The position numbers and the translations under genes were made by a program. This document shows positions 31,299 to 41,990 of a stretch of DNA of 64,000 bases, piece by piece. The DNA lies in NCBI GenBank assembly GCA_041736175.1, contig JBGSUI010000126.1, positions 6,863 to 70,862 on the forward strand. Reading direction: 5' to 3'. Numbering within the stretch: the stretch's first letter is position 1; each line of letters opens with the position of its first letter. The notes under the pieces were generated by a model. That model saw only the letters and a list, made by a program, of their open reading frames with translations. It was not told where the DNA came from and did no database searches. Source of the stretch: Oligoflexales bacterium. GTDB taxonomy: Bacteria > Bdellovibrionota_B > Oligoflexia > Oligoflexales > CAIYRB01.

Positions 31299-31512
31299 AA
31301 GTAAAACTCTCTCTATAAACGTTTGATGATTTGGCACAATAGTAAATCTTTCAATTTTTATGCCAATGATTTACAGGAGAATTTTTGAGTATCGTCTTGT
31401 TATAATTTAGGAATTTTTTTCGTAAATGTTTAAAGATCTTTCACTGAAAAGTTTGTGAACATGTTGATAGGTGGCTAATCGGTGGATTATTTTCTCCCTA
31501 ACCCGAGGGTAG

Positions 31513-33455
<1,943 letters not shown>

Positions 33456-33465
33456 TTAGGTTCTC

Positions 33466-33891
33466 CTAGACTTGATGATCTTGGTTATCAAAAAAACCCT
33501 GAATCCCTTGTTTAAGAACCATAAACTGGTCTTGTCCGTAGGCCACTCCAGGGCCTCGACCCCACACGGGTCGAGGCCATAGGGAGTCCGTGGATTGGCG
33601 CCCGACCACATGAATATGGAGCTGGCTGACGATATTGCCGAGGGCACCGATGTTGATCTTTTGGGCATTGAACACCTGTTTGACTAAGTTGCTGACAAGC
33701 ACCACTTCGTCCATTAACTGGTGCTGGTCTTGGGGGGACAACTCAAAAATTTCAGTGACCTCCTCACGGCGAGGAACCAGGATGAGCCAGGGAAATCGCT
33801 GGTCGTTCATCAAGACAACCTGACAGAGGGGGAGATCCCGTAAAAAAAGGGTTTCAGCGGCCAATGAGGGGTGGAGTCGAAAGGGAGGCAT
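33466..33891 (-). CDS. HIT family protein
   Basis: FPWLILVPRR, NIGALGNIVSQLHIHVVGR. Confidence 0.9.
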   Translation of the reverse strand: MPPFRLHPSLAAETLFLRDLPLCQVVLMNDQRFPWLILVPRREEVTEIFELSPQDQHQLMDEVVLVSNLVKQVFNAQKINIGALGNIVSQLHIHVVGRQSTDSLWPRPVWGRGPGVAYGQDQFMVLKQGIQGFFDNQDHQV

Positions 33892-33949
33892 GGGAGTCTT
33901 TCTGTTTCTAGGTCACTGGGACCATAAAGATAGCAAGAAAAGTTTTTTT

Positions 33950-34834
33950 TTAAAACGCTCGATCATTCCACCTGGGATGTTCTTGCTCTGCCACGGTTTT
34001 TTCGATCCAATCGGCTAAGAACCTTATGTCGACATTGTAGCCATATTGACGACAATTTGGGTCTCCCGAAACGTGGATTCCTGCAAGGGTCAGTCCTACG
34101 TCCTTTCTCTTTATAAAAACCGGGCCACCTGAATCCCCATGACACCCCCCGCGGCCTTCGTAGCGGAAGGTTTTCGATTCAGGGTAAAACTTTGAAATCC
34201 TTTGACTCCAGCCCGTGGAGCGGAGAGTTCCACGAGTCTCATCTGGGGCATCCCAGCTGGTTTTTCCATATCCCGCAAGCAAAATCGTCTCTCCAACCTG
34301 TAGTTCGTCCTTCTGGGTCAGGTAGGGGACAGGTTTGTAGCTCGAAGGTGCATCCTTAACCAAATAAGCGATGGCAACGTCATCATGAGGGGGGCCTATA
34401 ATCGCCTTGCAGTTGATCGACTGGGCTTGGGGATCGTCGAGCCTACGGCCAAAGATGATTTGGCAATCGGTCCCTGCCTTAAAGCAATGTTTGGCCGTAA
34501 GAACGGTTCTTTTTCCCACCAAGGCTCCACTACAGGTTTTCCCTGCACGGACTCTGAGTTCCTTATGATAAACCACTGCGACTGTTGACAAACCAACCTG
34601 GTCATCAACTCCGACGTCACACCCGCCAGCGATCTTTAGGGCCGATCCCAACTGATCTGCGGATTTTCTAGAGACTGACCAGTCACAACTGGGCAGGAAC
34701 AGGATAAAACTCAACAGGTTGGGCATGTAAGATCTGAAGATTTTAGAGAACATTTTAAAGGAACTCCTAGGAGCTGGGAAACCAGGAAATAGTGTAGACA
34801 GGACCACGCTCAGAAATGACCGAGCAAAATCCAT
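33950..34834 (-). CDS. Trypsin-like (S1) serine protease, lipoprotein
   Basis: LTAKHC, DDVAI, CHGDSGGP; lipobox LPSC and K-IAGG activation-like site; true start may be 34753 or 34726. Confidence 0.9.
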   Translation of the reverse strand: MDFARSFLSVVLSTLFPGFPAPRSSFKMFSKIFRSYMPNLLSFILFLPSCDWSVSRKSADQLGSALKIAGGCDVGVDDQVGLSTVAVVYHKELRVRAGKTCSGALVGKRTVLTAKHCFKAGTDCQIIFGRRLDDPQAQSINCKAIIGPPHDDVAIAYLVKDAPSSYKPVPYLTQKDELQVGETILLAGYGKTSWDAPDETRGTLRSTGWSQRISKFYPESKTFRYEGRGGCHGDSGGPVFIKRKDVGLTLAGIHVSGDPNCRQYGYNVDIRFLADWIEKTVAEQEHPRWNDRAF

Positions 34835-34956
34835 TCCAAAAAGCTAAGGAGGCGAAGGAAAGTCGGGCTCCCGAGCTATTTCCTGGTCCAGACCAAGCAA
34901 CTTGAGGTAGGGTCGGTGTCGGAACTGTCTTAGTTGCCCCCTATAGGAGACCGACC

Positions 34957-35385
34957 ATGCCTGCTACCATGACCATTACCCGAACTTTTGAGTTTTGCGC
35001 AGGTCACCGGCTTTTTCGACCCGATTGGTCCGAAGAAAAAAATAAGCAGATCTTTGGTTTGTGCGCGAATCTCGAAGGCCACGGACACAACTACACCCTC
35101 GAGGTGAGTGTCTCCGGTCCTATCGATCGAGAGACTGGGATGATCATGAATCTCAGGGAGCTTAAGGAGATCGTCAAAGACCATGTGATCGCTCAGATCG
35201 ACCACAAAAATCTCAATAAAGACGTATCCTGGATGGCGGGGGTTAACCCGACCACCGAAGAATTTGCAGAAAAAATCGGCCAGCGGCTTCGGGAGCTGTT
35301 ACAAAAAAAAGTACCACAAGTTAAGCTTGCTGCCATCGTTTTGCATGAAACAACCAACAACAAGGTGATGATCCAATGGCAGTAG
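34957..35385 (+). CDS. 6-pyruvoyl-tetrahydropterin synthase family protein (CX5HGH, PTPS-II type)
   Basis: FCAGHRL, CANLEGHGHNY, ETGMIMNL, DHKNLN, PTTEE, LHET. Confidence 0.9.
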   Translation: MPATMTITRTFEFCAGHRLFRPDWSEEKNKQIFGLCANLEGHGHNYTLEVSVSGPIDRETGMIMNLRELKEIVKDHVIAQIDHKNLNKDVSWMAGVNPTTEEFAEKIGQRLRELLQKKVPQVKLAAIVLHETTNNKVMIQWQ

Positions 35386-36212
35386 AACATCCTCTGGGAG
35401 GTCCCCACACCGACGCCAACCTAAGCCGCGACTTAACCCACTTCTACGGAGTCCAAGGCTTGGTAGCCCTCGTCACAGGTGGTGGAACGGGTATCGGACA
35501 AGCTTCGGTGATGGTCTTGGCTAAAGCGGGGGCGAAGAAACTTTTTATCGCTGGGCGACGCCTAGGACCGCTGCAGGAGACGGCGGCCCGCGTCAAAGAG
35601 GTGAGACCGTCCTGTGAGGTGGAAGTCATCGAATGCGATCTTGCCCAGAGCGCATCAGTAGCCGCACTCGTCCTAAAAATAAAAAAGTATGGTCAACTTG
35701 ATATCCTCGTCAACAATGCGGGGCAATTCCAATCAGCATCCTTAGGGGCCACCACCGACGCCCTTTGGGAAGAGACCCTTAGGATCAATCTCCAGGCTCC
35801 CATGGGCCTTACGCGGGATCTACTACCCCTCTTAAAGCGCTCTGATGCGCCGGCAGTGGTCAATATCAGCTCCACCTTGGCGGTGAAACCAATCCCAGAG
35901 GCGTCCGCTTACAATGCCAGTAAGGCTGCCTTGGTGCAGTTGACCCGGTCCCTAGCCCTGGAGCTTGCCCCCGATGGAATACGGGTCAATACAATCCTTC
36001 CCGCCGTTGTCGAGACTCCCATGTACCGGGGACGCTACGACAACGAGACCACCTACCAGGAAGGGGTTCGGCAGGCCAACAGGCTCCATCCTCTCGGACG
36101 CATGGGGCAGCCCGAAGACATCGGCATGTCGGTTCTGTTTCTCGCCAGCCGGGCATCGAGTTGGATTACTGGAGTTGCTTTACCTGTAGATGGCGGGATG
36201 TTGGTCACTTAA
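35376..36212 (+). CDS. Short-chain dehydrogenase/reductase (SDR)
   Basis: TGGGTGIG, NNAG, NISS, YNASK; start overlaps the PTPS stop. Confidence 0.92.
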   Translation: MAVEHPLGGPHTDANLSRDLTHFYGVQGLVALVTGGGTGIGQASVMVLAKAGAKKLFIAGRRLGPLQETAARVKEVRPSCEVEVIECDLAQSASVAALVLKIKKYGQLDILVNNAGQFQSASLGATTDALWEETLRINLQAPMGLTRDLLPLLKRSDAPAVVNISSTLAVKPIPEASAYNASKAALVQLTRSLALELAPDGIRVNTILPAVVETPMYRGRYDNETTYQEGVRQANRLHPLGRMGQPEDIGMSVLFLASRASSWITGVALPVDGGMLVT

Positions 36213-36245
36213 TCTATTTATTTGTAAAGATAATTTAGAAAGATT

Positions 36246-36280
36246 TAGGTAGGGAGTCTGTGTTCATGATGACCTACCTA
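36246..36280. terminator. Inverted repeat between the convergent SDR and toxin-like genes
   Basis: TAGGTAGG-19 nt-CCTACCTA. Confidence 0.3.
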
Positions 36281-36290
36281 GCTATTCCAA

Positions 36291-36623
36291 CTAAGAAACA
36301 ACCGATGAAATAATTTCTTTTTGTAAACCTGCGTCTCTGATATAGCCACACTTATTGATTAAGTGATTGACAGGCACAGTTACCAAGAAGTCTGTCCAAG
36401 CATATGAGTCATACTGCAGGCAAAGTAGCTGACTCTTCTTAATCAATACATCTGTCTCTAGTCCACGTTTCATTGTGGAAATGGGTATTAAGTTTAAAAG
36501 GATATTGTTCTTATCATCATAAGTTTCGGAAGATATAACTATGTAAAAATGACTTGGCGGATTTGTTTTATCAGCAGGAATGAAAGTATTTATTTTATAA
36601 ACACACCATTTTAAGGCAGACAT
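36291..36623 (-). CDS. PemK/MazF-like putative toxin
   Basis: 110 aa; pattern HFYIVISS..YD...LLNLIPIST...DVLI...DSYAWTDFLVTV...L...GYI resembles the MazF/PemK fold; AT-rich. Confidence 0.55.
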   Translation of the reverse strand: MSALKWCVYKINTFIPADKTNPPSHFYIVISSETYDDKNNILLNLIPISTMKRGLETDVLIKKSQLLCLQYDSYAWTDFLVTVPVNHLINKCGYIRDAGLQKEIISSVVS

Positions 36624-36901
36624 TGAATAGCTATGATTTCATTTGTTAAATCAGATTGACCGTTACTTACTCGATTGGATCTATTTTTAATCTGCACTTC
36701 ATCTTTGACAGAGTGGTAATAGTTTTCTATAGCTTCGAATTCAGATACATTTGGGTAAACACTGATAGCAGTTTCCGTTACTTTATTAAAATCAGATTGT
36801 CCTATTCTCTTGAAGAATAGATCAATTCTTTCTATCTTTTTCATATTGGCCTCGATTCCAGGAGTTTTGTAATCTATTTGTTTTGCTGTTGAGTCGACCA
36901 T
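36611..36901 (-). CDS. Putative antitoxin of unrecognised family
   Basis: 96 aa, AAGGAG RBS, stop overlaps the toxin-like gene start by 13 nt; AT-rich. Confidence 0.5.
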   Translation of the reverse strand: MVDSTAKQIDYKTPGIEANMKKIERIDLFFKRIGQSDFNKVTETAISVYPNVSEFEAIENYYHSVKDEVQIKNRSNRVSNGQSDLTNEIIAIQCLP

Positions 36902-37036
36902 GTTTTTCTCCTTGCCTCGATCATACCTACCTCCAGTATGCTTCTAACCTTTCGGAATTTCAACAGAAAACTTTAGATGTTTTGGATAACTATCTGTTGT
37001 TACTATTATTTTAACACGCCGCTCATATCCTTACTC

Positions 37037-37417
37037 CTACGCAGATCGGCGACCAGGTCTATGGGTGGTTGGTCTGAGAAGATGATCATGGATATCTTGG
37101 CAGACCAGCCGTGCTTCTTTGTTAAACAGAAGCTTTTGCAACGTTGCAAAAGGCACCGATACCTGATGACACTTAAGACACACCTGGGCTCCGAGCCAAG
37201 CCTCGATTCCCCGTTTGTCTGAAGGTCCTAAATCGATCGATTGGTCGATCACAGATGTCTCGTGTCCACAGGCGGAGCAATGATTTTTGTGAACGCTCTC
37301 CGCTTGGGCTTTTTCTTTTTCAGCCCGTTCTTCCTTAAGTCGCTGGACGAGTTCTGCGTCCTGTTTTCGAAAATACTCTTCTTCTGCTGCCCTAAAATCT
37401 GTACGTGGTTCTTTCAT
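37037..37417 (-). CDS. Zn-ribbon protein with IF1-like N-terminal helix
   Basis: GAGGAGG RBS; AAEEEYFRKQDAELVQRLKEE; CSAC and CLKC pairs. Confidence 0.75.
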   Translation of the reverse strand: MKEPRTDFRAAEEEYFRKQDAELVQRLKEERAEKEKAQAESVHKNHCSACGHETSVIDQSIDLGPSDKRGIEAWLGAQVCLKCHQVSVPFATLQKLLFNKEARLVCQDIHDHLLRPTTHRPGRRSA

Positions 37418-37571
37418 AATGAGACCCTCCTCTTGACGCATACCTTAATGGAATGCCATATAAGAGATTCTTCGGAGTTTATGGGAAAGACTTAAATAAT
37501 TTTAAAAATATTAATTATTTTAGATAAATGAGATGTCTTTTTAGGGAAGCCTTCAAACAGGGGAGTTTGCG

Positions 37572-39311
37572 ATGTCACAGGAACCTAGGATTCAGGGATC
37601 CCACCGGAGAGATTTAAAATCCCCTCTAGAGCAGGGATTTACCACTAAAACCAAACCCTGGGCACTGCTGTCTGTGACCGACAAAAAGGGGCTTGTTGCG
37701 TTTGCTGGTGGACTCGTCCGCTTGGGCTACGGAATCCTCTCGACCGGAGGCACCGCTCAGACCTTGAAGGAGGCTGGGATCGAGGTCAAAGAAGTCGCTG
37801 ATCACACCAAAAGCCCAGAGATCCTTGATGGCAGAGTCAAGACTCTGCATCCAAAGATCCATGGAGGCATTCTCTTTGACCGGCAAGATCCGGACCATCT
37901 CAAGGAGCTGGCGGTTTTAGACATCGAGGCGATCGACATCGTTGTTGTGAATCTGTACCAGTTCGAAACAAAAGTTCCGGATATTAAAGTTCCCCTGGAA
38001 GAGGCGATTCATTCCATCGATGTGGGCGGACCCAGCATGCTGCGGGCTGCGGCCAAAAACAGTCTCTTTGTGACCACTCTGGTCGATCCCAATGACTACG
38101 ACCGTGTCCTCAAAGCCCTTGAGACCGGAGGAGTGTCAGGAGTTCTTCGCCTTGAGTTAGCGGCTAAAGTCTTTGAAAAACTCTCCAGCTATGACGGCAA
38201 AATCGCCCACTATCTTCGGAGCCAATGGAGCCAAAAGACCCAGGCGCAGGTGACTCCGATTGAAACTGATAAGAATCGCGAGATGGAGCAGCCCTTTGCG
38301 CCCACCCTCCAAGAGACTCTAAGCCCGACTCCAGTCCCTCTGGTTCAGGCCTTGCGCTATGGTGAAAACGCCCAGCAAAAAGCCGCCCTTTTTGGCCGGC
38401 GGGAATGGGGAGGGTTTAGTGCTATGGATATCCTCCAGGGCAAAGAACTTTCCTATAATAATATCCTGGATCTCGACGCCGTGGTGCAGCTGACGGAAGA
38501 GTTTTGCGGCCAGGATGCCAATCTTCCACATCTGCCCCAAGCAGTCGTTGCGATCGTCAAACACACCAACCCTTGCGGCGTAGCGACCAGGGACGCGGGG
38601 TCCCGCCAACCTGGGGATCTAGCCGCACTTGTGGATAAGGCGCGGGCTTGTGATCCTAAATCAGCGTTTGGTGGGATCATCGCCACCAATCAGACCATCG
38701 ACCAAGGGGCTGCCCTGGCGATGACTGAGTTTTTTGTGGAATGCATCGTGGCCCCGCAGATTTCCGACGAAGCTCTCGCGGTCTTTAGCCGCAAACCCAA
38801 CCTCAGGGTCATCAAGATGGCCTTGGGTCGCAGCAGCATAGGGCAACCGCCCCAAGTCAGGTCGGTCAAAGGTGGTATGCTCCTCCAGACTGCAGATGAT
38901 GCTCCTATCCTCCAAAAAACCTGGAAACTGGTTACGAAACGCCAAGGGGACTCAGTGATGATGGCCGACCTCCTGATGGCCGAAAAAGTCGCCAAACATG
39001 TCAAATCAAACGCCATCGTCCTGGTCAAAAACGGCCAAACCATTGGGATTGGGGCCGGCCAGATGTCGCGGATTGACGCTGCGTTTATGGCCATCAAAAA
39101 AGCCCAGGAAGCCGGGTTTGAAGTCTCTGGTGCGGTTTTGGGGAGCGACGCTTTTTTCCCTTTTGGGGATACGGTGGAGTTTGCCGCCCAGCATGGCATC
39201 AGTGGTCTGATCCAACCGGGAGGATCGGTCAAAGACCAGGAGTCAGTCCAAGCTGCCGATACCCACGGCCTTGTGATGGTCTTTACGGGCGTGCGGCACT
39301 TTCGACACTAG
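37572..39311 (+). CDS. purH: Bifunctional AICAR formyltransferase / IMP cyclohydrolase
   Basis: ALLSVTDKKG, LSTGGTA, GRVKTLHPKIHGG, IDVGGPSMLRAAAKN, LRYGENA, KHTNPCG, SDAFFPF, FTGVRHFRH. Confidence 0.97.
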   Translation: MSQEPRIQGSHRRDLKSPLEQGFTTKTKPWALLSVTDKKGLVAFAGGLVRLGYGILSTGGTAQTLKEAGIEVKEVADHTKSPEILDGRVKTLHPKIHGGILFDRQDPDHLKELAVLDIEAIDIVVVNLYQFETKVPDIKVPLEEAIHSIDVGGPSMLRAAAKNSLFVTTLVDPNDYDRVLKALETGGVSGVLRLELAAKVFEKLSSYDGKIAHYLRSQWSQKTQAQVTPIETDKNREMEQPFAPTLQETLSPTPVPLVQALRYGENAQQKAALFGRREWGGFSAMDILQGKELSYNNILDLDAVVQLTEEFCGQDANLPHLPQAVVAIVKHTNPCGVATRDAGSRQPGDLAALVDKARACDPKSAFGGIIATNQTIDQGAALAMTEFFVECIVAPQISDEALAVFSRKPNLRVIKMALGRSSIGQPPQVRSVKGGMLLQTADDAPILQKTWKLVTKRQGDSVMMADLLMAEKVAKHVKSNAIVLVKNGQTIGIGAGQMSRIDAAFMAIKKAQEAGFEVSGAVLGSDAFFPFGDTVEFAAQHGISGLIQPGGSVKDQESVQAADTHGLVMVFTGVRHFRH

Positions 39312-39312
39312 G

Positions 39313-39738
39313 TTAGGCGTCTTTTTCGCTGGTGACGGATTTAACATAGAGATAGGCTACAGCGGTGCCGATGGTATAGGTAAAGAGGCTAAAGGCACCT
39401 TGAAATTCCCCTACAAGGCGTAGACCAAACCCAAGCTGGCAAAACACCATCCCCGAGACAAAGAGCGCCAAGTTTAAAACCAAAGGATAGACAGGCTTGA
39501 GAAGTTCGCCCTTAAGGAGGCTGGCCACAAAGAGCAGCGCCGCTAGGACTTCGAGCGCGGCAATGGAATAGAAAGATAGGGTCAGTCCTGGAAAGCTGGC
39601 GAGGAAGGATTTCCCAAACTGGTCGATAAACCACTGGGGGACGCCTCCTCCTGCAAACTTGCCAAACCCAGCAAGGGTGAATGTGGTCAGAAAGAGCCCG
39701 TAGACGGGGAGGAGCTTTAAAAGGCGGCTAATGTTCAT
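39313..39738 (-). CDS. DoxX-like four-TM membrane protein
   Basis: LAGFGKF...WFIDQFGKSFLA, IAALEVLA; likely start MNISRLL at 39738. Confidence 0.7.
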   Translation of the reverse strand: MNISRLLKLLPVYGLFLTTFTLAGFGKFAGGGVPQWFIDQFGKSFLASFPGLTLSFYSIAALEVLAALLFVASLLKGELLKPVYPLVLNLALFVSGMVFCQLGFGLRLVGEFQGAFSLFTYTIGTAVAYLYVKSVTSEKDA

Positions 39739-39858
39739 AATTTCTCCAATTTCAAGTTGTACAAAACCTTTGCGGTTGGTGTTTTGCCAAATTTTAGGGT
39801 TTTTGTCGATAATAATATTCGTAAGACTTGTTTTCGGGGAGGAAGGCTTCTTGATTCC

Positions 39859-39878
39859 ATGTCTTATTTGTGAGACAT
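39859..39878. promoter_or_regulatory. Imperfect inverted repeat abutting the toxin RBS (candidate TA operator)
   Basis: ATGTCTTA-TTTG-TGAGACAT immediately before GGAGG (39880-39884). Confidence 0.4.
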
Positions 39879-39885
39879 TGGAGGT

Positions 39886-40203
39886 ATGATTGAGGTCATC
39901 AAAGCTTGCGAAAAAGAAATAGCGGCGCTGCCGCAGATCGTCCGCGAGGATCTGGCTGATGCCCTCGCTCGATTGGATGCCGGCCTTACTTTGGCAATGC
40001 CCCTTTCTCGACCGATGCCTGATATCGGGCGAGGCGTTCACGAGCTGCGGTTGCGTGACCGTAGTGGTATCTATCGAGTTTTCTATTTCATTCGCTCACG
40101 GGGAACGATCTTCCTCCTGCATGCCATGTGGAAGAAAACGCAAGCAACGCCGCTTCAGACCATAAAACTTGTCAAAAAGCGCCTCCAGGAGGTTTTGCCA
40201 TGA
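39886..40203 (+). CDS. RelE/ParE-superfamily toxin (HigB/Gp49-like)
   Basis: SRPMPDIGRGVHELRLRDRSGIYRVFY, LLHAMWKKTQATP. Confidence 0.9.
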   Translation: MIEVIKACEKEIAALPQIVREDLADALARLDAGLTLAMPLSRPMPDIGRGVHELRLRDRSGIYRVFYFIRSRGTIFLLHAMWKKTQATPLQTIKLVKKRLQEVLP

Positions 40204-40481
40204 AGAAGATGAAAACCAGTGAGCTAGCTAAGAGGCTCAACATCAGCCCTAGTCGCGCCCTCGAAGCGGTCATCAAAGCCCAATTGATTGCGGCTATCGT
40301 AAAGGCAGCTCAAAAGAAAGGGCTCACCCACGAGATCTTGTCGGAGCGCTCAGGGCTGCCGCGCAGCGCTGTAACCGGCATCTTGTCGGGCAGCGTTCAG
40401 AAGGTGACGATCAATCGGGTCTTGAAACTCGTAGAAGCTGCGGGTCTAGTGGCCGAGGTAAAAGTCAAGGACGCAGCTTAG
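40200..40481 (+). CDS. XRE-family HTH antitoxin (HigA-like)
   Basis: ATGA overlap with the toxin stop; LTHEILSERSGLPRSAVTGILSG HTH. Confidence 0.88.
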   Translation: MKKMKTSELAKRLNISPSRALEAVIKAQLIAAIVKAAQKKGLTHEILSERSGLPRSAVTGILSGSVQKVTINRVLKLVEAAGLVAEVKVKDAA

Positions 40482-40549
40482 GCCCTGCTTAACAATAACT
40501 TACTGATTTGCATGCCAAAGCATTGCAAAGCACTTGTTGTAGACCACCG

Positions 40550-40576
40550 CGTCATCCCAAGCCAAGCGAAGGATCT
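40550..40576 (+). repeat. Single CGTC-type REP-like element
   Basis: CGTCATCCCAAGCCAAGCGAAGGATCT resembles CGTCATCCTGAGCGAAGCGAAGGATCT-type palindromic repeats; only one copy in the window. Confidence 0.45.
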
Positions 40577-40821
40577 GTCTGATATCATTGAGATCAATCG
40601 CTTCGCTCATGATGACGCAAGGTGTTTTTTCCGTACTTGTTGAGAAGGTACCCTAGACCTTCTGAAAATCCGAAAAGGGTTCTAAAATATTTAGATTTGC
40701 CCGCAAATTTAGGGGCAAATATTACTATAGCTCCACTACGGTTGCTTGCCACATCCTTCCCCAGTCTTATCGTACTTTCCTGACAGAATAGCCTCTTTGC
40801 CACCTGGTATTCTTTCCCAGT

Positions 40822-41541
40822 CTAGGGCGCGGTTCTCTTTACAGGTGGATGTGATTTATCTTTACAGTCACGGTTATTGTCTGTGCATTCTACCCACGTC
40901 ACATTCCCGCTCGACTTATCAAATTGACATTGGTAAGACAAGTTAAGGAACTCCGACGGGGTCAATAAGTAAGAAGTGTTACATCGATGATCTCCGCTTG
41001 CGCCTATTTGAAACCAAGGTGTAGTCCTTATTGCAATCCTCCCAGGAGGTTGGTAATAACATGCAATTTTGCAATTATATTCCTCGGTCATCCATAAGTC
41101 TTTCTGTTTTTTCAATTCTGCCTTGCACAGGGTCTCGGATTTGCTCGTAATGTTACAAGACCTTTTCGGGTGGGAAATTCCCTTGTCATTACAGAGAAGG
41201 CCATCATCTCTCATATCTTCGCACTTTTCGTAGCATTTATCTCCTAAAGGACCGGTCCAACCCCCGGGACAGCTATTATCACAGCTTATTTTGTTTACAG
41301 TCTCTTTTGGCAATCCCCCGAAGCGATAATCTATGCATTCTCCTGTATCCGGATAGCCACTTGGATTGCTGTAGCGGCTGGCAGTCAAACTAGAACTATC
41401 AGTCAAATCATCACCCATCTTGCTATTACCGCTCTTGCAACCAAATGTTGCCGTTAAGAGTAAAGCGGTGCAAAGTGGTGCAAAGCGTCGTAAACCATTC
41501 AGCACTCCTATAACATTTTTGCTCATTCTTACAGTTTTCAT
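40822..41541 (-). CDS. Cys-rich hypothetical lipoprotein
   Basis: Lipobox TFGC; many further Cys including CPGGWT...CYEKC..DDGLLC. Confidence 0.75.
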   Translation of the reverse strand: MKTVRMSKNVIGVLNGLRRFAPLCTALLLTATFGCKSGNSKMGDDLTDSSSLTASRYSNPSGYPDTGECIDYRFGGLPKETVNKISCDNSCPGGWTGPLGDKCYEKCEDMRDDGLLCNDKGISHPKRSCNITSKSETLCKAELKKQKDLWMTEEYNCKIACYYQPPGRIAIRTTPWFQIGASGDHRCNTSYLLTPSEFLNLSYQCQFDKSSGNVTWVECTDNNRDCKDKSHPPVKRTAP

Positions 41542-41599
41542 GATAACTTGCCCTTTCGTGTTTAAATAATTATTAGTTTATCTATTGCACCTAACCTAA

Positions 41600-41615
41600 T
41601 GCATAAGATGTGCCA
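41600..41615 (-). promoter_or_regulatory. Candidate sigma54 promoter for the Cys-rich lipoprotein
   Basis: Minus strand TGGCAC-ATCTT-ATGCA: GG-N10-GC spacing, about 60 nt upstream of the ATG. Confidence 0.55.
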
Positions 41616-41791
41616 TCGTATACAAGCTGCACTTATTTAAACTGTATCCTAGTTTTCAAGGCAAAAATGATACCTTGCTGCCGTTACGGATTGTATGCAA
41701 GTTTACCAAATGTCAAAACATTCCTTAGTTGACCAAGATTTTGCCGACCAGGCGAATTCACAGGGGGACAACGACTGCGTGGAATGAGTGA

Positions 41792-41944
41792 GCACCAGGG
41801 AGGACAAACATCCATCACCAAGAGATAGGTCCCAAAACCCCATTTAAATTCCTGGGTTTTGAAGTACGCTGGATCAAAGGCCGCAATGGCCGTCTGAGGC
41901 CAGTGTACAACCCGCGATTAGACCGCATTATCGAAAATAAATAG
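41792..41944 (+). pseudogene. Possible fragment of a group II intron reverse transcriptase/maturase
   Basis: Start-less frame APGRTNIHHQEIGPKTPFKFLGFEVRWIKGRNGRLRP..*; FxFLGF..RW.K..G resembles RT domain 7. Confidence 0.45.
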
Positions 41945-41966
41945 GTATGTTAAAATTGTGTTCTGG

Positions 41967-41990
41967 GAGAATGCTCATTTGAGCGTTCTC
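41967..41990. other. Hairpin between the RT-like fragment and the HipA-N gene
   Basis: GAGAATGCTCA-TT-TGAGCGTTCTC (one G-U pair). Confidence 0.45.

Noticed and set aside
31350-31365. Minus-strand TGGCAT-N5-TTGAA upstream of the CBM10 gene
   Set aside because: The -12 GC is GA, so it is not accepted as a sigma54 promoter
34855-34875. GAAGGAAAGTCGGGCTCC resembles the RNase P RNA P4 motif GAGGAAAGTCCGGGCTCC
   Set aside because: The intergenic gap is only about 120 bp between divergent well-supported genes, and no matching 3' motif (AGAACCCGGCT) follows at RNase P distance
37441-37572. purH leader examined for a ZTP or other riboswitch
   Set aside because: AT-rich, with no GC stems or conserved ZTP motifs; only an AT-rich inverted repeat
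39739-40041. N-terminal extension of the DoxX ORF overlapping the toxin gene
   Set aside because: The extension is antisense to a well-supported toxin gene; the real start is probably ATG 39738
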